A DNA stretch of 63,514 nucleotides, filler included, from Pseudovirgaria hyperparasitica (Eukaryota): NCBI GenBank assembly GCA_010093815.1. It is 6 parts of 6 records of this genome, joined end to end, with 100 filler letters (N's around TTAATTAATTAA, not from the genome) between each part and the next. Parts side by side here need not be neighbours in the genome. Positions count along the whole stretch, not along the records: positions 27,421 to 39,944 come from ML996625.1; positions 40,045 to 49,892 come from ML996626.1; 4 more parts are not named here. The stretch is one strand, 5' to 3'. The notes under the pieces were generated by a model. That model did not search any database, had not been told where the DNA came from, and worked only from the letters and a program-made list of their open reading frames with translations. Position numbers and translations under genes: made by a program. Below, piece by piece: positions 36,491 to 47,109 of the stretch. Every line of letters starts with the position of its first letter. Position 1 is the first letter of the stretch.

Positions 36491-37167
36491 GGTAGTAATC
36501 AATGTAATAGAATAGTCGCGGTTGGTAATTTTAACAATTTATTGTGTTGCTAGTTATCATGAAAAAGACAGAAAGTAGTGCGGGCATAATATAAATCGAG
36601 AAAAAGGCAACAAGTCCTTCATTCTGGGTTGCACATGCACCACCCTCACCGGTCACAGGCACCTCAAAGCATGGATAGCAAGCAAGCTGGGTGGTGTGCC
36701 GACTCCGCGCAGGAACGAGTTGCCCCCCACGACAGGCTGATTCGAAACCTTCCCACATTCCCGAGTTTGATTGCCGGAAACCGGTGGCAGGTAACGCACG
36801 ATTGTGAGGAATCGCTGAGACACGAGCCAACCCAGGCGTCAATCCGGATCTTGCCAGTGCACTCGGCATAGGATACTTCCGAGCCTACGCTGTCAATAAT
36901 AAGTAGCTAATTGTCGTGACGTAGGACAGCTGTAGGAAGATGCAGTGGGAAGCATCGATGGATAATGCCTGATGCCACACGCCCTCTCTTGATCGCTGCA
37001 GTGATGAGAGCTACAGGGCGCGCAGGACGCCTCTCCGTATATCGACGTTTGAGGCTCAGTAAGTAGGCAACCAGCGAGCGGTGACTTAGGACAGGATCCT
37101 GCTCGCATTGGAAAGGAAACAGTTATGCATACAGATCCGATAGCGGGTACAGACACGCTAGCCCGTG

Positions 37168-37227
37168 GTAAAGCCGCTCTTGGCAACAATGTGTTGCCAA
37201 GAGCGGCTTTACAAACAAGGGAACCGG
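37168..37227 (+). repeat. Dispersed hairpin element (21-bp perfect stem); copies at 52669-52752 and 56568-56635, partial at 27839-27881
   Basis: GTAAAGCCGCTCTTGGCAACA-ATG-TGTTGCCAAGAGCGGCTTTAC followed by AAACAAGGGAACCGG. Confidence 0.92.
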
Positions 37228-37994
37228 CTTAAGTGTACTTAGAAGAGAGCTAATCTAATTGAGAATCTCGTAAGAGAGTTGGCTCTTCGCTAATATAATT
37301 CCATGTGGCTTTACACTGCTTGTCCCCGGTCTTTCTAGTCGGATCCAGTCTCCCTTGCCGTATGTTTCCTTACGCTTTGATAGAGGCGGAAGTCGAGCTC
37401 TTCAACCACAACTCCTCGGTCTGCCTCTTGGCAGACAGCCTTACGGATAGCTTGATTGGTCAACTTATCAACACACACTGTTGTGTAATGTTAGGAAGTG
37501 CTTCACCTTCTTATGAGCAGCACTTACACGACACGATGGTACGGCCTTTGCGCTCGTGCAGCTCGTGCGCAATAACACATGGCGTATCCATAGCGCAGAA
37601 GGTCGGCGTGATCCGAAGACCAAGGCGTTTGATATCTCCCTTGACCGTTTTCCGCGATAGGAATTCGCCACAGACGAAAAGCTGTATGTTGAGGATCTGC
37701 TTCCCCGTCAGCGGAGCCTGGTTAAGCGATATTACCAAAGCTTACCATGTTGCGATCTCTTGCGAGTAAGGATTGCATAGTCTCCTGTACCCACGCCATG
37801 TGGACTGTCGCATAGGTTAGTCAGCTCGCTTTGGAGTTTCTCAACTACTGAGCGACTCATGCTCGCAATCCATTTGCCAAAACAATTTGACTCATCGCGC
37901 CTTGGCGTCGTGTGTATCGTAGTTGTCGAGCAGTTGCGCTACGTAGCCCATCTGGATGTTCTTGCTTTTAAACCATGTATATTATTGACATTTC

Positions 37995-38857
37995 AAGAGA
38001 ATCTGTTGTGTTCTTCTAATGGCTCCTGATCCCCGAGACTGTCCTAGCTGCTCTCTTTGTAGAGAGCATGATCTGTGTATTGTTACGCTACCAAGCCTAG
38101 TATACACTCATCGTGGATTGCTTTCATAGGATGGGAAGCCACGTTGTTGCAGACGTTTGGTATCACAATTTTGCGACGACAAAATGATATTGGATCTTTC
38201 TAGGTCTCTGACAGAACCAAAGCCAGGGCATTGCAGGGGACAAGGGCATGGTAGACTCATCCGATGGGAGGCCAGTGAGCTGGCGTCCGGCGATCGAGTC
38301 GCGATAATTGACCGGTCAAGTACTTGTAACTCATTCTCTACAACAGGGGATAGTCTCATTGAACCGAGTAAGTGGCTTTATGCATAGCCAAGGATAAAAA
38401 CATTGCCGGGTGCGTAGTCATGCGACTTCGGTGGACGCCAGTCACAGCATGATATTCGTGACGTGCTCGAGACCTGACTGGGAGTTTGACATTGGTTCTG
38501 ATGCAAGCCCGGGGGATCCACTAGCAATGTACCTCCATCGTATGGGCAACATCAAGGAAGAGCCATCCACTAAGTCGCCGCCTGGTATCGGCTAAACTGG
38601 TAGGCCATGGATACTGAGCCATGGAATCGCAAGGACCTTACGCACAACGCACAGGCTATCCTTGCTCAACGGTTCACGCAGCGGCTCGCAGACCCATATC
38701 TTACTAGGCAGGAGAGTGAAGAGCTTCCTGCGCGCTCTCATCACTGCAAGGTATAATGCAGTTTATCGTCAAAATGCCACGCAGCGTTTCAATCTGGGAG
38801 CTTCGGTAGAGTAAAGCGTGACAAAGTTGGTTGACAGTCCTGTCTAGTCCAGCTAAG
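37995..38857. repeat. 863-bp segment duplicated (reverse complement) at 59813-60675
   Basis: Mirrored coordinates sum to 98670 and ORF translations are identical. Confidence 0.95.
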
Positions 38858-40247
38858 TAAGACCTGAGCAATATACATGTAGTCTGATTAGCTTGATTTA
38901 GTCCGTGTTCCCATTCATTGCTCTCACTCCGAGGCAAGTCTCTAGGCTAGCTGCGATGAAATGTAAGTTATAGAGATGTAGCAGGAGTCATACATATAAC
39001 AGGCAGGGTGACTAGAAAGAGAAACGTTTGATCATATGCCCGCCAGGTACAAAGATAAGGACGAATGGGAGCTTATGATGACGCAGTAATAGCGGCGAGA
39101 TGATAGTAGCCCGTATTGAACTGATACTTGGCTGTTGCCATCTTCTTTCGAGTACTCGTCCTTTCCACCCAATGCTTGAACACACTTGTGGTAACCTTGA
39201 CTTTTCGAACATTATCAATGAACATCTGGGTTGTCTATACTCTGGACTTCCACGTTATCAAGTATGAGCCATAAGAGAGTACCGAGTCGCATATTTGGTA
39301 AGGCTTGTCGACTGTGCAAATGCCAGTCTACTTTGGGGCAGGACTTCAATATGAAGCCTAGGCAAGTCCACTTCTGAAATTCTTCGCTGATATCTTGCCT
39401 GTTCTGTATCACCTCTGCTATTAGCGCCATAGCTTTGAGTTGGTATACTCTGAACCACCGTCAGAAGCACCCCCATAACGATCCTTTTCAAAATTTAACG
39501 ATTCTCGCGTGGTCCCTTTGACTTACGGGCTCATCTGGCGCATCCTGCGAAGTAGCTTCCCCATATTACAATTAAATCCCGAGTCTAATAAATTACAGGC
39601 CTTAACACTTCACGTTCACGTTCACGTTCGCGCTCTCCGCCTCGCTCGTCCATCGTCACATTCGCGTCGGTTGCTTCCCTCTTTCTCGCCACGCGAACTT
39701 CTCTCGCGCTCGCGGTGTCGGCTGGACTTGCTATCACGGCCATCTCGTCGGCTGGCACAACCTTCGTTGCGCTCATCTTGAGAGCCTACTATCCCGATCG
39801 ATAATAATGGGAAGATCGAGCAGACAAGTGCACTAGAATTCATGGCGCCCGAGGTCTTGAAAGGCGGGTTTGATAAGGCGACACACGACCTGGAGGGAAG
39901 TCTCCGGCGGTCAATCCAGTAAGCGCGTGGTACACAGGTAATAANNNNNNNNNNNNNNNNNNNNNNNNNNNNNNNNNNNNNNNNNNNNTTAATTAATTAA
40001 NNNNNNNNNNNNNNNNNNNNNNNNNNNNNNNNNNNNNNNNNNNNGCGTGTAAATTATTTGTAAAGCGTGATGCTTTCATGCTGAGTCCAAGCGGTGAACC
40101 CCCGAAATGGATCGAATATTACTAAAAGATTGACTAAAAGATAATCCCTCACGGAATGAAACTTGTAGTATAGAAAACATACCTTAAAGTATCCAAACTA
40201 ATATGCTGAGCCATGACAGTACTGAGTCGGTATCACTGAGTCGAGCT

Positions 40248-40300
40248 CCATGCCCTTATTGAGCCATGCCCTTACTGAGCCATGCCCTTAGTGAGCCATG
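40248..40300. repeat. 16-bp tandem repeat (GAGCCATGCCCTTA.T) x3-4
   Basis: Seen directly. Confidence 0.85.
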
Positions 40301-40853
40301 ATCTTACCGAAGCGTAGTCTTGGTTTACTAAAAATAGCCCACGAAGCAGTCTCTATCCAGTCTGATCGGTCTATGTCGAATCCTCGCTTTCGGTTGGAAT
40401 GATGCTACTTTTAGATTGCGCGATTGTATCTAAGCAATCGTCGTGCTGAGCTTTGAAGTAGGTTGAACATACAACCACACTCTTCTCGATACCAGTCCGC
40501 AAGCATGTGTCCTGTCGTCTGGATCTCCCCAACAACTCCTTCTCGTCGTGGGAGTAAATGGAGAAGTTCTTTCGAGACTCTTCGGTCCCACATATTTGGT
40601 CGTCACAGACCTGCCGGCCACGACAGCTGTGAATCGCTTCTAGAGCCACCAATGCTCTTGGTAACACAGTACGGGCAGACACAAATGAGTATGAGCTTCG
40701 AAAGTGAGGTCACTCCGACCGTCTTGCACTCTTGACGTTGCGATAAGAACGGGTAGCATCCTTGGCATGACTATCTCTATCTTTTACATGAAGCTGTCAT
40801 CTGCCCCTCGACTTAGCGACTGCTCACGAACATTCGACCTCAATGTAGATAAG

Positions 40854-41522
40854 TCAGATGCATCCGACTTGCCATTCCGATCGTGCTGTCTCAAGGGACT
40901 GTTCTGCCGTGTTGGAGCGTAGTATGCCTTGCTGATAACGGAACTGATCCTCGACGTGCTTGGCGCTCCAGAAGTCGTGCAGCAAGTACCCCTGCGTGTG
41001 CAGATTGCCTGGGTCCGTCCTTCGGTCTTTCCAGCGAACCCGATACAATAGGTTATTCTGGAGCTGGAGCAAACGTAAAATTTCATCATGGATAAGTCGA
41101 GCTCCTGGCACATCCCTCGAAAGGGATATCATATGATCTTGCATCTTCTTCTCATGATCCCAATGTGATTTCAGCTCTGGCTTCCATTGACCCGAGTCCA
41201 TTTGTTGTCTAAAATGTTGCAAATTTCTGTCGACACGTGCCTGTCCTTGTGCTATTATCCTGTCGCAAAAACAGATCATGAAACGGAGATGTTCGTGGTT
41301 TTCGAAGATAGTCTTCAGTAGTGATTTGATAGCTGTAGGGTTGTTAATAGCATTGGAGATGATTACGTTTGTAGAGGGTGTTTGGTTTGAAGGAATGTGA
41401 GATGATTGCTCTGAGGCTAAGAAGTTTGAAGATGGTGCCAACGAGTTCGGCGGTTCATTCCCTGGCATCACCGCATACGGTTCTAATCCAGGCTGTGGAC
41501 AGTACTGATCCGTTCCTATCAT
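40854..41522 (-). CDS. Hypothetical protein (~220 aa)
   Basis: Open frame; probable start MIGTDQY downstream of the BTB gene. No recognisable motif. Confidence 0.4.
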   Translation of the reverse strand: MIGTDQYCPQPGLEPYAVMPGNEPPNSLAPSSNFLASEQSSHIPSNQTPSTNVIISNAINNPTAIKSLLKTIFENHEHLRFMICFCDRIIAQGQARVDRNLQHFRQQMDSGQWKPELKSHWDHEKKMQDHMISLSRDVPGARLIHDEILRLLQLQNNLLYRVRWKDRRTDPGNLHTQGYLLHDFWSAKHVEDQFRYQQGILRSNTAEQSLETARSEWQVGCI

Positions 41523-41574
41523 GAAGCTCCCATTGGTCGGCGGTGCAATCGAATCGAAACAGATGTTTATTATG

Positions 41575-42411
41575 TCAATGTCTTTTATTCTCATAGAACA
41601 ATCGCAACAAGTTTGCACCAAGATGTCCCTCTTCACACAAGATAGAGTAGAACGATTCATAGCGTCCAATCTTGGTGAAATGTGCACCGTGATACAACGC
41701 CACCATATCCTGCAGCTCAGGATAATTCTCACTAAACGCAAATCGAGTTAACGCTAAAATATCTTGGTAACGCCTTTGGTCCAGGGTAAAGACTGAAAGA
41801 GTCTTATGCAGCTTTTGAAGACTGAGACTGATAAGACTGTCCACCATCTTCTCTTTGGCGAATGCGTAGAGCCGCGCATGGGCAAGGAAGACGTACTCTG
41901 CTTTTTCTGCGCCGGCACTATGAGGAGCAACACGAAATGATTGGCGATAATCCTCATACGGAGTAGTGGCACAATATACTCTTCTCTCAAAATCTGGTCT
42001 TCTGACATGAAAGTCCTGCTCTCCAACCACTGGTTGATATGAAGCAGCGGTCGCTTCATCCGCGTACTTCGTCTTTCTCTTCCCCTTGCCCATCTTGGAC
42101 GTAGGTATATCCCAATCCCACTGTGAATTCGGTTTGTTTTGGTATGCTTCATCCTGTACCTCATTCATTGCTTCTTCAGCCGTATCCACAGGCGTGGTTT
42201 GTAGCTCTTCGGTCCAGTCATCGTCGACGACGTATGGCGGTGCTGCATAATCGCCAGTATATGCGAATGTGCAGAAGCGACTAAAGTCATCCGGGTTGAT
42301 TTGTGGCAGAAGGACCGTTTTCTCCTCAGCCTCCTTGAACGCCGAATTATCGCCAAAAAGTCTTTTGAAATAATCAGACAACGGAGCAAGGATACCATAA
42401 TGTACAACCAT
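41575..42411 (-). CDS. BTB/POZ-domain protein
   Basis: VHYGILAPLSDYFKRLF...FKEAEEKTVLLPQINPDDFSRFCTFAYTGDY and the fungal motif FLAHARLYAFA...L..LSLQKLHKTL. Confidence 0.85.
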   Translation of the reverse strand: MVVHYGILAPLSDYFKRLFGDNSAFKEAEEKTVLLPQINPDDFSRFCTFAYTGDYAAPPYVVDDDWTEELQTTPVDTAEEAMNEVQDEAYQNKPNSQWDWDIPTSKMGKGKRKTKYADEATAASYQPVVGEQDFHVRRPDFERRVYCATTPYEDYRQSFRVAPHSAGAEKAEYVFLAHARLYAFAKEKMVDSLISLSLQKLHKTLSVFTLDQRRYQDILALTRFAFSENYPELQDMVALYHGAHFTKIGRYESFYSILCEEGHLGANLLRLFYENKRH

Positions 42412-43301
42412 GGGGACCTCCTCTCTGCCGACAAGAAATGTGACTTTTCGATGAATACGGCAAATGTGGAGTCTGTTCTAGAGAGTCTCTGATGGAATCA
42501 ACTGAGAACGGGTTTTTGCTCCTGCGGCGAGATTGGAGCAGAGTCACAAGGCGTCAAATTGATAGAAGGCTGTCCATGCATGCCAGCGTGTCAAAATGTG
42601 CGTCGCCCAGAACTCGCTTACCAGCTCTTTTGGACCCCTTAGTGTGGCCACTCTGTGCAACATATGCTCAACGCCATGTTAAGCTCAAATCTTCCGAGTC
42701 TAAGCAAAAATTCAGTCTGGTTTTGGCGTTCTAGAGTGATGGACAGAATAATGATATCAAATAGACTTTACAGACCCAGAAGTAAGAGTATCGTCATATT
42801 CCTCCGGCTCGTCTTAAGATCTTTCTTATCTGTATATGTGGATTCCATAAGGATAAGTACCTAATTGCACCGATTTGAGTAAGCTATTACTAAAGCTAAC
42901 GTGATCTAATTAAACAGAATAGAGCAATAAGTCTACACCGCAACAGTAAGTACAGACCAAGAAAATCCCCCCCCCAGAGACCAGATCTAGAGTTATCTTC
43001 TGGCTTTGAATATAAATTAATGTTATCATAAGATATATAGGGACCATGTCTGACACGGACTAATCCTTGGAAGTTAGAGTGCCTAAGGCAGATAAGCAAG
43101 CTAGTACACAATAGCAAGCGGGGTGATTCGGCTCCAGCTTCAGACCCATTATCAAGCCGTCTTAGTTCTAGTGGCACGGCCCAAGTTGTCCAAGACCTTT
43201 GCAAACATGGTTCTCATTGTTGAAATTCGTCTCACGAGCGTACCGAACTACCTTTAGAAGACAAAGCCTCTATCCGGTGCGGTTCGGCCACCCGCCATGT
43301 A

Positions 43302-43527
43302 CCATCTTGGACCCCATGAAGCCATAAACCCTATAGCGCCACAGGTGCCCCATAAGGCCCCTAAATGGCTTCCTAGCGCTCACGTCTTTAGAGGGTGGTG
43401 TAGCGTATCCCTTAATCGGGATGGCGGGTCTTAAAGGGGATTTTAGCGGGTCTGAGGGCGCCTTTTGGGGGCTCTGGTTGGCAGATGTGGCGCTATAGGG
43501 TCTGTGGCTCCATAGGGTCCAGGACTG
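43302..43527. mobile_element. Tc1/mariner-type MITE
   Basis: ~45-bp imperfect TIRs (...GGACCCCATGAAGCCATAAACCCTATAGCGCCACA / TGTGGCGCTATAGGGTCTGTGGCTCCATAGGGTCCAGGACTG) flanked by TA on both sides. Confidence 0.75.
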
Positions 43528-43759
43528 TATCTATGCCACGTGTGGCTAAGCTGCTTGGCCTTGCCCCATGCCGCTTACTCACCTACTAGCTGTAAGGCAA
43601 CACAACTCTAAACATCCACCTAAGCTCAGCCTAATAAATAATCATAGGCAACTCTAATAGGTGGGAGTAGAGATTACACTCTGCTAAGCGCAATGCTCTT
43701 TGTCCTCAACAATAACCACGGGAGCTTCTACCTGGTAACCTTCACTGACGGTAATATCC

Positions 43760-44122
43760 CTCCGTACGCCATTCTCTCGCACACGTAGGGACGTGCCGAA
43801 GATAATAAGGTCACGTACATGGATATAGTAGGAGGCACTAGTAAGAACAAAGGTGGGATTCGAGAAGCTACAGTTCTGCAGCAAGCAGGTCAGAGAACAT
43901 GGCCTCGACCACTTCTAAATCGATACCTGCTGCATTAACAAGTCAAGCAGCAGCGAGCTCGCCGAGGCGATCAACTCAATATTTCGCTAGTACCAGCGAG
44001 CAGAACGATAATAAGTCTACCTCATAGATGTGTCAGTACGCACCCACGATGGCCAGCTTCCCCATGCGGAGTGGGCATCAGCGCTTCGCAACAGCCGATG
44101 GTTCACGCGAGGATGGACAGTT
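43760..44122 (+). pseudogene. HET-domain (heterokaryon incompatibility, HET-E-like N-terminus) pseudogene
   Basis: PYAILSHT*G...GFEKLQFC...F*IDTCCINKSSSSELAEAINSIFR*YQ...VYL.DV...SRWFTRGWT. Stops fall at conserved Trp positions and the frame is truncated after RGWT. Confidence 0.92.
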
Positions 44123-44444
44123 AACTAGCAGCTCTTCGAATGAGGCCGTTTATATTTTCGCCACTGAATGCAATTCTCACTTGACTGGATGAACTAAAAC
44201 CTGCTTCATTTGCCTCGGTATTTTTAATTTTGTATAAAGTCACTATTCCCCATCTGTGTCCTCCAGCCTGCAGCTCGACCGCGACTTTAAGCTGCCAGAG
44301 TAAAATCAAAATTCAATATGACCGTATCCTGGATCACACCGTGAAATTTTGGGTTTTGCAGTCAGACTGGTCGCATAGAACCTGAGCTCTCGTTAGCAGA
44401 ATCTATTATAAATTTCGACCATATTGTGAGTTACTTTGACCGGT

Positions 44445-44687
44445 TCAGGACTTGGAGAGAAGAAATCCGTAGCAGCCATTGCATACTTTTGCGCGAGCTT
44501 TCCTATCTACCGCAACAAGCTTCGCCTTCTTGCTTTTAGTGCACCGCTCACATGTAAACGCAGTGGCAGCGCTAAGTCGGTACAGCTTCAATGTACTATT
44601 TAAAGGATAATCCTTCACCACTGTACAATCAGGCGGTAGAATGTCTTTATCGCAATCTTCGAAATTAGAACTGTTCGCGTTTTGCAT
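44445..44687 (-). CDS. Small C4 zinc-ribbon-like protein (80 aa)
   Basis: CERCTKSKKAKLVA...VCNGCYGFLLS (two CxxC pairs). Confidence 0.6.
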   Translation of the reverse strand: MQNANSSNFEDCDKDILPPDCTVVKDYPLNSTLKLYRLSAATAFTCERCTKSKKAKLVAVDRKARAKVCNGCYGFLLSKS

Positions 44688-45704
44688 CTTTACAAAGGTC
44701 AGTAATGGGCAATATAGCGGACACTTATTAACCTAGCGGGCAGTCATGACACGTACATTTAGACGTGGAGGAGACTTCGTGGGGAAAATGTACCAAGGAA
44801 AATTTCCGTATTGATAGTTCATAGCCGCATAACCATATATACAAAGCTTGCGCTTTAGCGGCTTCTACAAAGAGGCGGTCAGTTTAGGGCCTATGCCGCG
44901 GACAACCAAGTCTGCAGCCAGTATAAGGCGCTAGCGATACTCGAAGGTGGAAGACCTATCAGCCTATAGGAAACAGTACCATTTAAGACTTGATTTCGGA
45001 ACTCCGATCTAACGTTACATTTTAGGTATCCATGGATGGAAGACAATTCTTTTTTTCTGCAAACCCTTACCGCCGTTCACAGTGCACAGCTTTCGTATGG
45101 TTGGCTAGATAGCGCTATTCTTATCTTCTGCAACATGCCTAGCAGTGAAAATTCCCATTACAAGCAGCGGCAACTATTAAATCACGAGCCCTGGTACGAA
45201 CAACCAGGCTGGTATATGTTCTCCTGAATTAGCACTTTCCACTGGCAGCAAATTGCATACCCACCTATTATCTCTGTATCCCAAATTATTCGGGGTGGGT
45301 CAGGGTGAATGAACAAACCAAGCCAAACTACCGCATTGTACCATGTTGTAATCGAGTCAAAGGAGAGTCTAGCTGCCAATATATATGCACGTCGAGATCC
45401 TGGATCCATGGTATGGCTTGGATCAGAGCGCTACTACCCTAGTCGTAGCTAAACTTTTAGTGTTGCCGAGCATTGATCAAGAATAGGCATCGAACTCCAG
45501 CACGTCTTGCAGTTACCCCACCACAAGACCAAGAGGCCCTAGCTGCCGTACTTAGCCCGTCACGGTGAGACCCTTGTCTTAGATTAGGTGTCGCTCCTTC
45601 TCCATTCCTTTCTACAGAATTACTTCGTCCCTTTTCCAAAATTACCGCGGTACCTTCAACGAAACCCTGATGACTCCAACAACACGTAGAGTTGGCCAGT
45701 ATGT

Positions 45705-46790
45705 ATGATATTCGCTACTTCGGCTGGTTGCTTACTCTATGCAAGCTTGATGGCAAGCGCACCAGTCAAATGCATCGTAAGCAGCGCACGGGTGCCGTAT
45801 TACGTTCACACAGACGTGCTGTCAACAGCGAAAGGATCTACCATGGATGTCCGTCTCAATGGTTCTTGGAAACAAGATGGTGAAGAATACCTGGATTGGA
45901 CGGATTTTGATTTGGATACTGTTCAATGCGTGCTCAATTACCTCTACACTGGCGATTATCACTGTGCAAACATTGCCTGCAACAAGGATATTGGAATAGA
46001 TGATTCGGATATTGCTGCTACCCCCGAGGTCGATCTGGGTAAAGATTACATGAACATTCGGTTGAGCAAGCTTAGTGCTAATCATCTAGATAACCGGCCC
46101 CTGACCCACCAAAACATTTGTCTTCCTCTAGCCGATCGTCCTCTAACTCCGCTAAGCCAATGCCTTAGTCTTGGACTGCCGGAAGAACGCATGACGACTT
46201 TTGCTGGAACCCTATCTAGCAAAGATGCTGAACTTCGTGGTTACGGTAAAAATGGCCAAGCAGTATTGACACATGCAAAGGTGTATGTGTTTGCACATCA
46301 GACGTTGTTTTCAGAACTAGCACAATTTGCCTTGCAACGTCTCACTCAAGTTCTGGTTCTAGTAGATGCCGAAGACAACAGCCTGTTCCCTGGCCTTTCA
46401 GATGCAATTCGTCACATATATAGTAGGACACCGGGACAAGACCTGTCGAGTCTACCAAGGGATCCAGGCAGAAACATCATATCTCAATTCGTGGCACTCA
46501 ATTATCCTGATCTTACTGGAGATAACCTATTTGAGCTGATCTGTGAGGGAGGAGACTTCATGGCTGATGTTTCCCATAAACTAGTCCGACAAATTCGTGC
46601 GGGTTGTAATTTTCACGATTCCTTGCAAGACCAAATCGATCGATTGCGCACGGATTTGATTTCACTGCAAGTCAAGTATGATGATAAAGACGGAGAATTG
46701 AGAGAGGCTAAAGAGAAAATTAATGGCCTGGAAGCATCAAGCAGGGGATTTTCTAAAAAGAAGAAAAAAAGCCGAACTTACGGGATTTGA
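45705..46790 (+). CDS. BTB/POZ-domain protein with C-terminal coiled coil
   Basis: YYVHTDVLS...WTDFDLDTVQCVLNYLYTGDY and LTHAKVYVFA...ALQRL...IRHIYSRT. Probable in-frame intron at ~46039-46089. Confidence 0.82.
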   Translation: MIFATSAGCLLYASLMASAPVKCIVSSARVPYYVHTDVLSTAKGSTMDVRLNGSWKQDGEEYLDWTDFDLDTVQCVLNYLYTGDYHCANIACNKDIGIDDSDIAATPEVDLGKDYMNIRLSKLSANHLDNRPLTHQNICLPLADRPLTPLSQCLSLGLPEERMTTFAGTLSSKDAELRGYGKNGQAVLTHAKVYVFAHQTLFSELAQFALQRLTQVLVLVDAEDNSLFPGLSDAIRHIYSRTPGQDLSSLPRDPGRNIISQFVALNYPDLTGDNLFELICEGGDFMADVSHKLVRQIRAGCNFHDSLQDQIDRLRTDLISLQVKYDDKDGELREAKEKINGLEASSRGFSKKKKKSRTYGI

Positions 46791-47109
46791 GAGTACAAAA
46801 ATTGCATGCATTGCAATTCGCTTCGCAGGAGTTGTTATCGACCACTGCGAAAGCATATGTATGAATTTACAGTGCTTCAGGCACTATCATACTACTACTC
46901 CGACGAGGATGGCAGTGCACACTATGCAAAATACAGTTCTGGTAAATAAAGCTGAGGGACTTTATTGATAATGTCTCAATACATAAGTAGAACATGCCCC
47001 TTTTACACAGAGTGCATAGTCATCCGCAACTTAATGGCTGCAACTCTTGTTACTGAATTTTTAGCTGTGATCCGATCTTACTTCGTAACTATGCCTCATT
47101 CACTTCTAC

